From the human T2T-CHM13v2.0 reference genome, Homo sapiens, in assembly GCF_009914755.1 (NCBI RefSeq), contig NC_060931.1: a stretch of 64,000 nt of DNA; one strand, 5' to 3'. Both the position numbers and the translations under genes were made by a program. Under the pieces are notes generated by a model. The model did no database searches. It was not told the DNA's origin and saw nothing but the letters and a program-made list of their open reading frames with translations. Below, one piece after another: positions 13,419 through 23,067 of the stretch (its first letter is position 1; the number at the start of each line of letters is the position of its first letter).

Positions 13419-15446
13419 CTAAAGCAATTGAAAGGTGGGTAAATATTGGCTGCAAACGAAAACACAACCAAGTCCACTATGCTGAGATGACAGCATGGAT
13501 TAAGACCCAGCCCAGTCTAAAAGGGAGAGGAAAAGGCAATCACAAAATAATGCTGTGATGCGTCCAACAGAGATCTGTAGAAACCTCTCCTGGGGCAGAG
13601 TCTCAGGAGAACACTTTCATTTTCCCTGGCCTTATGTAAGTGCCCTCGGTAAGAAACAACCAGCAACAGCACTATTTGTTTGTGAAAACTTCTTGAGCAG
13701 GCAACACCTTTGTTTACAAGTCGGGTCACTGGAGCGAGGTTCTAGAGCCAGCAACCATGAACACAAAATTCAAGTGGCCGTGGATTTGTCCAAGCAGGGG
13801 CAGCAAGATGAAGCATGTGTTTACAAACTGTGGACCTGAGAGCCGAGACCAGGGAGGGAGCAAGCCGGATCAGGCCCCTGGAGCCCTGCCAGACTCCTGA
13901 TGGGCCCGCTGCCCGCATGAATTCCTGAACAGGGTTACATAACGCCTCGGCTGCCCTCCCCATGGCACTGTCTGACAATGCCATATTTACTAAACCTCTT
14001 GAGGTTCTGCCCTTTTGAAAGGAGCAGACTTAAGAATCTGACCTTTTGGGAAAAGCACACTGCAAAGATGGGACGGGTCAGGTGTGCAGCTGGGAGGGGC
14101 CAAGCAGGGATGGGCTGGCTGTGTCGAGGCGAAGGCAGACGGTGGGTCAAGGTCAGCTTTGCTGTTGCCTGCAGCAGCTCCATCTGCTAGTAACTGAGTC
14201 CAGGGAGTGGCAAGTGGGGCTCTGTTTTCCCAAGTCACTTTCTGCAGTTAGACTTGACTCTGGCCCTTCCTTCTCTGTGAACTTGACCACTGTGATCTTT
14301 GCCAGTAAGTCCCAGTGCAGAGGCCCTCATGAGGAAAGCCAGGCAGATGTCCCTGCAGGCAAGGCAGACACCAGAACCACGGAGGGGAAAACTCAAAGAG
14401 GACAAGAGGCCTTTTGAAGGAGGAGGATTAAGGATGGCTACCCCGCCTGGGAAGCCACTTTCCGCCTTCAAAAGTACACAGACAGCCTCAGAAAACACCC
14501 AGACTGAGGGCACCAAGCCATCTGCAGTCTTCAGGGTGTAAATCTATGCACATGCTTTCTGCTCGTTAGGATCCTCTCCAAGCCATGACTGTTGCCAAAA
14601 GAAATAAAACCACCTGCATATCTGAACTTTACACAGAAAAGGCCCTGTAACTTCTTCCCCCACTACAGCCTTCTCAACTTAAGGATTGCTCAGTGAACCT
14701 GCAGCAGGGCACGTCACGCAGGCACAGGGAAAAACTGAAGGAAGGGCAAAGTGAAGGCGGCGTGGGCATCCTGTGCTGAGCATGGCAGAGTGGGTCACTG
14801 GAAGGTCGGAAGAGGCTGGAGAGGAGGAATCCGGTGCTGCTCCTGCCCTGCACACCCTCAGAACACCCAGAAGAAGCATGAACGGGAGGAAGGGATGGCT
14901 CCCGCTCCTCTCTAGGGATGCTTTGCCAATAATGAGAAACGTGCAACCGCATTTTTTTCTTCCTGTGTTGTTCCCTTAGGTCGTTTTCAGAGGGAGTCAA
15001 CAGCACTGAGATTTCTGGGCTTTGGCAAAAGATGCACTCCCGACTCTGATGGGAGTGCTGGCAGTGACACCCTGGGTTTCTACTCTCCAGGTCGACCACA
15101 GATGTGAGCTCTGCTGTGAAGCCACTCCTTCTCTGACACGCTGGAAATCATCTCTCCCACCTAACCTTTAGCTCTTGCCGCCGCGCACCTTCTGCCATGC
15201 TCAGTTCCACCTGCCCTAGCTATCTGCATGCTCATCTCCCTGAAGGACCCAGACTCCCGGGAGCAGGAGCCCTGCACTGCCCACTCACGTGTCCACCGCA
15301 TCTTCTCATGCAGGCCGCACGCTGAACGTGCTCAGGATAAAGGCTGGTGACAAACCACAGCCACAGGGACTGGGCCGTCAATGGCACCTGACTGCGCTAG
15401 TAATCTTACTAAACTTTCTAGGAGAGGTTTATTTAATAAACAGACT

Positions 15447-15772
15447 TGTTACAGGCTGAATGGTGTCCTTCCAAAATCCATAAGTTGAAGGTCTCAGCAC
15501 TTCAGCATAGGGCTGTGTTTGGAGATGGGGTCTTCACAAAGGTAAATTAAAATGAGGTCATTAGGCTGGGCCCGAATGAATGATAACTGGTGTCCTTGTA
15601 AGAAGAGATGAGGACATAGACACACAGAGGGAAGCCCAGGTGAGGACACAGGGAGAAGACAGCCACCTCCAGGTCAAGGAGAGAGGCCTCAGGAGAAACC
15701 ACCCTGCCCACACCTGGATCTCAGGCTCCCAGCCTCCAGGACTGTGGGAGAATCACCTCTGTTGTTTAAGCT
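15447..15772 (+). mobile_element. MaLR LTR (MLT1B/C-like)
   Basis: TGTTACAGGCTGAATGGTGTCC...TAAAATGAGGTCATTAGG...CCAGCCTCCAGGACTGTG...TTGTTTAAG. Confidence 0.75.
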
Positions 15773-16929
15773 GAGACCAAAGGGTGAAGCCTGAGTTGAG
15801 AGGTCAGGGCCAGGGTGGGTGGACAGTGCTAGATCAGCAGGGCTTGGGGACAGAATGGCCGGATCAGCTGGGGCAGCAAGAGGCGGCTGGCGGGTTCCAG
15901 TGGCCTGAGGGACACAGAGTCTGAATGCCAAGCAGGTTAGAGCCAGCAACAGGTAGAAGACCAGGAGGAGATGGCAGGCTGGAGAACGCCAGCCCAGGGT
16001 GGCCTGGAGGCCATTGGGAACACTCCCAAGGGCTGCAGGTGGGACACTGAGGAAAGGAGGCCACCGCCTCCTTCACCCACTCACGGCCCCTCTCCGCCCT
16101 GCCCCACCCTGTTCCTGGGCCTGCCTCATTTATCAAGTGCCAAACCCACACCTCCACCACACCCCTTCCAAGTCCCACCCACGCCGCCCACTCAAAGCCT
16201 CATTCCAACTGCTACAACAGAGATGCATGTAATGTCTACTCAGACCACACGCTTGGGCTGCGGTGCCCACTACAGGGTGGGACAGGATAAGACGCAGCAC
16301 CATGGGGAGAGGGCCTATGGGGTGGGTGGGGTGCTGGGGGCTCTTCCAGAGGGAAGAGGCAGTGGCTGCCCCAAAGACTAAGCCACAGTCTGGTCCGATA
16401 GAGGAAAGTGACCTGGTGATGCCGCAGGGTCACATCGATGCAGTTTCATCCTCTGCCAGGCGCTGTCCTGGGAGACTTATGTGACTGAGTACATTTAATC
16501 CTTACAAACCTGCACTAGGCAGAGGTCTAACACTTCCCAAAACAAAATATGCAAATATGTAAGCCCTACAAAATCTGGTTTCAACCTTCCAAGACAACGA
16601 CTTTCCTTGCAAGACAGACATCCTTACAACAGCATCAGCCTTTGTGGGTGCCTCAAGCCTGGAATGCTTCATCTGTTTGTATAATAACACCCCTTCCAAC
16701 CTGGAGCCAACTCACAGGACACGTCCATCTGAGTCCTCCTGTGACCTCTCCCACCCCGTCTCATCAAGGCCTCTGTAGGCTACACGGTATCAGTAGGTTC
16801 CCTCCTGCCAGAAAGCCCATGTCCCCAACGGGATCCTCTAGGGCAAAAACTTCACTCATGGGCCTAGAGCAAGCATAGCAACTCAAAAAGCACAAAACAT
16901 TCAAAAAAAAGACTACTGGATGAATGACA

Positions 16930-17105
16930 GTAGGAAGAAGGGGCCACAGAAAATAATGAGGAGGAAGGAGGGAGGGAGCAGAGAGGAGGAAAAGGAAGAA
17001 GGGCAAGAGGAGGAGGGAGAAGTTTGTAAAGGCAGGGTGGGAGAGAAGAGAGGGGAGAAGAGAAGGAAGGAGGAGGAGGTAGCTGGGAAGAGAGGAGAGG
17101 AGCCA
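16930..17105 (+). repeat. Purine-rich (GA) low-complexity tract
   Basis: Nearly continuous GGA/GAA/GAG runs. Confidence 0.85.
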
Positions 17106-17130
17106 GGCACTTCCCAGGAGACTGCCCCCG

Positions 17131-17253
17131 CCCGCCTGGTCTCAGGAAGACCCTGCAGCTACCAGCCCATAAACAGCCCAGGGGAGAGGGCCCCGCCTGG
17201 TCTCAGGAAGACCCTGCAGCTACCAGCCCATAAACAGCCCAGGGGAGAGGGCC
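17131..17253. repeat. Perfect tandem duplication, 61 bp x 2
   Basis: CCCGCCTGGTCTCAGGAAGACCCTGCAGCTACCAGCCCATAAACAGCCCAGGGGAGAGGGC starts at 17131 and again at 17192. Confidence 0.95.
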
Positions 17254-17323
17254 GTCCCATGCTCTTGGTGGGCGGTAGGGGGGAAGACACATCTTAGCCT
17301 GAGGGTCACCCTCTATGACTGAG

Positions 17324-17394
17324 TTGTTCAGCTGCCTCCCATGAGTCATCTTAAAGGGACAGAGCCGTGGGGCAATAACTACTCATCACTGAAG
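17324..17394 (-). ncRNA. Candidate intronic box C/D snoRNA-like element
   Basis: In the host sense: box C GTGATGA (17389-17383), D' CTGT (17362-17359), C' AAGATGA (17352-17346), box D CTGA (17331-17328). The terminal stem is weak. Confidence 0.35.
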
Positions 17395-17515
17395 ACCTGG
17401 TTCAGGGAGCACCCGCCCTTGAGATGCTGCCTCCCAGGGCAGGTAGAACACTACGCAAACAAGATGAGGGCGGGTGCAAATCCTACCAGCATCGCCCCCA
17501 GCCTCTCTTGGCCTA

Positions 17516-17820
17516 TTCTTTTTTTTTTACCTCTGAGACGGAGTCTCGCTCTGTCGCCCAGGCTGGAGTGCAGTAGCGCAATTTTGGCTCACTGCAAGCT
17601 CCGCCTCCTGGGTTCATGCCATTCTCCTGCCTCAGCCTCCTGAGTAGGTGGGACTACAGGCACGCGCCACCTTGCCCAGCTTATTTTTTGTATTTTTAGT
17701 AGAGATGGGGTTTCACCGTGTCAGCCAGGATGGTCTCGATCTCCTGACCTCGTGATCCGCCCACCTCAGCCTCCCAAAGTGCTGGGATTACAGGCGTGAG
17801 CCACTGCGCCCAGCCCGGCC
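17516..17820 (-). mobile_element. Alu (AluY-like)
   Basis: Reverse Alu with T-tail; ends CCCGGCC. Confidence 0.93.
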
Positions 17821-19139
17821 TCCTCTTTAAAGCTGGAACACTAGACCCAGTTCCAGAGTGGGTGGAGGAGTAAAGTGCTGAACATAGCCGGTGCTCAATA
17901 CAGACTCAGGCCCTTCGTCCAACGATCCCAGGAAGTGTCCTGGGAGAAGGAGCCTCCAGGGTGAAGCCTCCTAGGAAACAAGCCCAGGGCTGCCTTCTGG
18001 ACCACAGGATGTGAGGAACACCAGAGCGGATGTTTCTCTCCCCTCCTGGTCCTCCCTCTCACTTCCAGCCACAGGGATGCTGCACCATCGCTGCAGCACA
18101 GCACTGCTGAGGACAGACTTCCAGCCCAGGTCCTCCTCCTTAGGACAGTAGAACAGAGAGCTGAGGAAACGGGCCTATAAAAACGTATGACGCACCCCAA
18201 ACCTCAGCTTTCTTGCCTATGAAACAGGAGGCAAGATGTTTATAAAGTGCTTACTCAATGCCTTGAAAAGGGCTGGGCCCAGCTGTTGTTCCAGACCTGC
18301 CTTCCAGGCCTGAAGAACCCCTCAATTAGGTGGTGAGCATGTGAAACAGGACAGACCTGGAGGCCCCAGAGGGACCCCGCAGGCGTGGATGGGTTTAGAC
18401 TGTCTCCACCTTCAATCCTCTCCACCTTCGATCCTCGCTGATTTGATTTTTGTAAGAATTCAGGACCAGCAAGGTAGGGAGTTCACCATCCACTAAGCTA
18501 AGATTTCAAAATCTAGGGGTTACAGGGAAATTAATGAAAATCCTCAAAAACTTTGTATAGGGTATTTATAATACAATGAAAAGCTATTTCTCGAGTCACC
18601 CTACTGCCTTATAGAAGTGGGTCTTCCAAGGCCATGAAATCTTTACATTCTATGATTCTATGCATGCTGAAAGTCATACATATGCCTTAAAAGCTTACCT
18701 TATTTCAGATAAAAAACTTTCCTAAAATTATTTTAAATGTATGAATTGTTTGTATTCAAGAAAGATAAAAGGCAAAAATGTAATGGCTAATCTCCTCCAA
18801 GAACCAACACACATAAGAATCAAAATTATCTGGAGAAATCATTGTTTTGATCATTAATCAAGCTGTAATTGCACCAGCTGTATTTCACACTTCGGCTATT
18901 AATGATACATAAATATTCTATTTCTGCACCCACACTCTGGGAGGCCTGTGATCATGTGAAGAATGCAAATTATAGTCAGAACACAGGGGTTCTCAGAAGT
19001 GAGTGGCCGAGTTAGGACATTAATTTCCAGGTTGTATATCTCGAGGGGCTCTAGAATGAAAGAGAATCAAGAATGAAGATTTGTTCCGTCCCTTTAATTA
19101 AAATAGTTTTATTCAGAAAGTTAACTAAATGCCTTAAGG

Positions 19140-19437
19140 CAGTGGTCACCAATCTTTTTGGCACCAGGGACTGGTTTCACAGAAGATGATTTTTCCATGG
19201 ACTGGTGGAGGATGGTTTCAGGATGAAACTGTTCCACCTCAGATCATCATTCTCCTAAGGAGTGTGCAACCTAGATCGCTCGCATACACAGTTCACAATA
19301 GGGTTCGCACTCTTATAAGAATCTCATGGCGCCGCTGATCTGACGGGAGGCTCAGGTGGTCATGCTCGCTCGCTGGCCCGGTTCCTAACAGGCCACAGAC
19401 CGATAAGGTCCACGGCCCAGGCGTGGGGGACCCCAGT
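19140..19437 (+). mobile_element. MER1B-like hAT-Charlie DNA transposon fossil
   Basis: CAGTGGTCACCAATCTTTTTGGCACCAGGGACTGGTTTC...GGGGACCCC, flanked by ccttaagg / tgttaagg (degenerate 8-bp TSD). Confidence 0.85.
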
Positions 19438-19585
19438 GTTAAGGTAAAAGCTACTTTTCCTTCTTCCTACAGGGTACTTTTTTTGGGGGTGAGGGTTACT
19501 GTTTTAACACAGAATCATGATTTCAAGTCATCACCACTGGGAGAGTGGGGACACCGACCCATCTGCGGCCACAGCGGGCACTCAC

Positions 19586-19661
19586 CATGACATCTCCCTT
19601 CAGAAGCTGGGCCGGCTCGATGACGATGCAGATCCTGCTGGGGTTTTCTGGGCCAACGTTG
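19586..19661 (-). CDS. TNS3: TNS3 exon, aa 216-241 (C2 domain)
   Basis: cttcatcccaaag|CAACGTT...GTCATG|gtgagt; NVGPENPSRICIVIEPAQLLKGDVM; 76 nt. Confidence 0.95.
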
Positions 19662-20198
19662 CTTTGGGATGAAGAAGAAGGTAGATCATTATGCAACTTC
19701 ATGATTTTGTGGGAAGAATACATGTAGAGAAAAGCAACCCTACAACCCAAAACTCAGAAATTACACAGAATGCCCAATCAGCCCAGAATCTAATTCCTGA
19801 GAATCTAAATGAATCTAAAAAGGTAAAGAAAGCTCCCAGGCCATGGAGGGTCCTCATAGCATCATCATGGTCAGTGACTGACTTGAAGTGACTAAGGTCC
19901 AACTCCAGAGGCCCAAGCTTGGAGACGACCATGCAGGCTTAGAGGAAGGGGCCCAGGGTGTGCACAGCCACAGTTTCAGTTACAAACTGAGGGTGCAATT
20001 CCAGAGTGACATCAGTGCACAGAGGGCCCAGAGCAAACCCAGAAATGTGACAACAGCTCTTTGTGAGTAATGAGAATATTTGTTTCCTTTACTGACTTTT
20101 CATAAAATGCCTGTCCACATACAAAAAGACAAAGAAAACTCAGGAATGTGTACAAATTTGGGGGATGTGTGGCTACGTTTTGTTTAAAATGCAAAGGA

Positions 20199-20476
20199 GG
20201 CTAGACATGGCTCACGCCTGTAATCCCAGCACTTTGGGAAGCCAAGGCAGGCAGATCACTTGAGGTCAGGAGTTTGAGACCAGCCTGGCTAACATAGTGA
20301 AACCCCGTCTCTACAAAAATATGAAATTTAGCTGGGCATGATGGCAGGTGCCTGTAATCCCAGCTACTCGGGAGGCTGAAGCAGGAGAATCGCTTGAACC
20401 TAGGAAGTGGAGGTTGCAGTGAGTGGAGATCGTGCCAGAGCGAGATGCTCTCTCAAAAAAAATAAATAAATAAAAA
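20199..20476 (+). mobile_element. Alu (AluS-like, with small deletions)
   Basis: Alu left and right arms and an A-rich tail. Confidence 0.9.
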
Positions 20477-20749
20477 TGGAAAACAAAATGGAAAGGAGCG
20501 AGAAAGAAAAACCATAGTAGTGAGATCCTATCGTAGGACTCTCTCCAGTAGGCTCACAGTTAACCTTCCCTATTCTTGGGTTCCACATTCATGGACTCAA
20601 CTGACTGGGGACAGAAAATATTGTGGGAAATAAATAAAAAACAAAAATGCAACCATAAAAAATAATAGAAGTTAAAAAACAATACATTGTAACAACTATT
20701 TTCACAGCCTTTACATTGAATTAGGTATTGTTATGTAATCTAGAGATGA

Positions 20750-21110
<361 letters not shown>

Positions 21111-21401
21111 TTTTTTTTTTTTTTTTTTTTTTTTTTGACTCTCGCTCTGTCACCTAGCCTGGAGTGCAGTGGTGTGATCTCGGCTCACTGCAACCTCCAC
21201 CTCCCAGGTTCAAGTGAATTCTCCTGCCTCCACCTCGAGTGGCTGGGTTTACAGATGCACGACCCCAAGACTGGCTAATTTTTGTATTTTTAGTAGAGAC
21301 GGGGTTTCACCATGATGGCCAGGGGCTCGGTGGCTCACATCTGTAATCCTGGCACTTTGGGAGGCCGAGACGGGTAGATCACTTGAGGTCAGGAGTTCAA
21401 G
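21111..21401 (-). mobile_element. Alu with an inverted 5' end (minus-strand 21111-21323, plus-strand 21324-21401)
   Basis: Consensus positions ~87 to the end are on the minus strand and are joined to positions ~5-84 on the plus strand. Confidence 0.85.
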
Positions 21402-21769
21402 ACAATGCCGTTTTATAAAACACACTTGAACATCCTCGGATTTGGTAATCAAAGGGGGTCCTGGAATCAATACCCCTTGAAAACCAAGGGGCCACCATAC
21501 TCCAAAAAGCAAATGGCCCACTCTCCCCTCAAAATTCCAGCCCCCACGTCCTTTAATGGAGCCAACTAGTGTGACAGCCCAAAGACACTTGTGCAGGGCA
21601 GGAGGGAGGGCCAAGGCGTGATGCTGGAGCACGGGCCACGAGAGGATTTTCCCCACTGGACTCTTCTTTGGCTTCTTGGCATTCTCTGACCTGAACCCTC
21701 CCACACTCTTCCTGCGGGACAGGCAGCTGAGGGTCAGCTGCAGTTCCCTGAGCCGTCCAGGTCCCACAA

Positions 21770-21792
21770 CAGCAGCAGCAGCAGCAGCAGCA
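21770..21792. repeat. (CAG)7 / (CTG)7 trinucleotide repeat
   Basis: cagcagcagcagcagcagcagca directly adjacent to the donor of exon 21798-21858. Confidence 0.95.
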
Positions 21793-21797
21793 CTCAC

Positions 21798-21858
21798 TAG
21801 ATCCCGGAGGTGTACACAGGCTGCATGGCTTGGTAGAGCTTCAGAAAGGGCCGGCACA
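21798..21858 (-). CDS. TNS3: TNS3 exon, aa 196-216 (C2 domain)
   Basis: tctttcag|TGTGCCGG...GGATCTA|gtgagt; (V)[19 protein letters not shown](Y); 61 nt. Confidence 0.95.
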
Positions 21859-22209
21859 CTGAAAGAAAGGCACAACTGTCTGTAGAGGCATGACCGGTAC
21901 AGAACGAACAGGAATTTGGCAATCAGAAAGACAGAAAGCGACGAGGAGACCAGGAGACTGCACCTGCGGCCTTTGAGGTCTGGGAAAGCAGTGCATGGAG
22001 CCACAGGGTTGCTGCAGGAAAAGGCCGGACCCGGTCCTAGAAGCCTGCAGAGCAACACAGTTTGACCTTTATCCAAAGGGTGCCAAAGGCTCCTGAAGTG
22101 AAGCCAAGCTGCTTCAAAACCAACTAGCAGCTTGGCAAGGTCACTCTGGCCATAATGACCAGGGGGACCTGAAGGCACAGATGTACTTCAGAGACAATAG
22201 AAACCTCTG

Positions 22210-22550
22210 AGCAAGCACCTGCATGCGACTGGCGAGGAAGGGCAAGGGTCCTGAATCCCAGCCATGTGCTGTGTGTGCCTGCATAGGACTGGGAAGGAGA
22301 GGACAGGGCCCTGACCCTCAGCCATGTGCCATTTGCTCCTGCATGGGACAAGGGAGGAGGGATAGGGCCCTGCTGACCCTCGGCCATATACTCTGTGCAC
22401 CTTTGGGGAACTGGGGATGTGGAGACAGGGCCGTGATCCCCAGTCGTGTGCTGTGCTCATCTAAGTGGGACAGGAAGGAGGGCTCAGGGCCCTCACCCTC
22501 AGCTACATGCTGTGTGCTTTCCTGTGGGGTCATTTTAAAGGAGGAGGAGG
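22210..22550. repeat. Degenerate ~60-bp minisatellite, about 5 copies
   Basis: Recurring unit (GGACAGGGCCCTGACCCTCAGCCATGTGCTGTG...GGGA...GGAGG) at about 22241, 22301, 22361, 22421 and 22481. Confidence 0.8.
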
Positions 22551-22954
22551 AGATGGGTTCATGAGATGCGTCAGGGGAGACTGGGTCACATTCATGCCTC
22601 TTACTGGGCTTCTTCCATGGCTTGTGACCTCAAGGCCAACTGCACAGCTGACCCACTAGGGCTGCAGCCCAGAACAATGCTTGTCTGCCCTAGTCACTGT
22701 GCATATACACAGGGGTATTTCTGATCCCCCTTGCTGGCCGCCAGTCCCTCCCCTGATTAAATAACTTGGCCCAACCACATAAACATGGGGCTCTGACCAC
22801 TGAAGGGGGACCCAGTCAATCGCCAGGGAGGCAGAGGAGCAGATCCTGGGCCCTCTCGGAAGGAAAGCCGAGGCTTATCTAAATTGAGGGGCCCAGGACC
22901 AGCTCCAAGTCTGGGCCAGCCAATCGCAGGTGCCACGTCATAGGGGACACTCAC

Positions 22955-23067
22955 CTCCACCTGTGTCGAAGTTGGGGGTGCCGTGGAGGATGACAAAATG
23001 CAGGAACAGGGGAGAGGCATTCATTTTCACCGATCCGGACAGGAGCCCACTGAGGAACTGAACATAC
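22955..23067 (-). CDS. TNS3: TNS3 exon, aa 158-196 (phosphatase/C2 junction)
   Basis: ttttgcag|GTATGTT...GGTGGAG|gtgagt; [37 protein letters not shown]; 113 nt. Confidence 0.95.

Noticed and set aside
16913-17297. Glu/Lys/Gly-rich and Ser/Phe/Leu-rich ORFs
   Set aside because: Translation artefacts of the purine tract and the 61-bp duplication.
19778-19868. Second C/D-box-like pair (ATGATGA...CTGA) about 117 nt upstream of the 19661 acceptor
   Set aside because: The position is favourable, but there are no convincing C'/D' boxes or terminal stem, and such pairs occur by chance in 64 kb.
21249-22178. 309-aa minus-strand ORF with a poly-Ala run
   Set aside because: It overlaps a real exon in a different frame, the poly-Ala comes from the CTG repeat, and the C-terminus is Tigger- and Alu-derived.
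22210-22550. Periodic ~60-bp units as a CRISPR-like array
   Set aside because: The units are degenerate along their whole length, with no constant repeat or unique spacers. The context is a eukaryotic intron with no cas genes.
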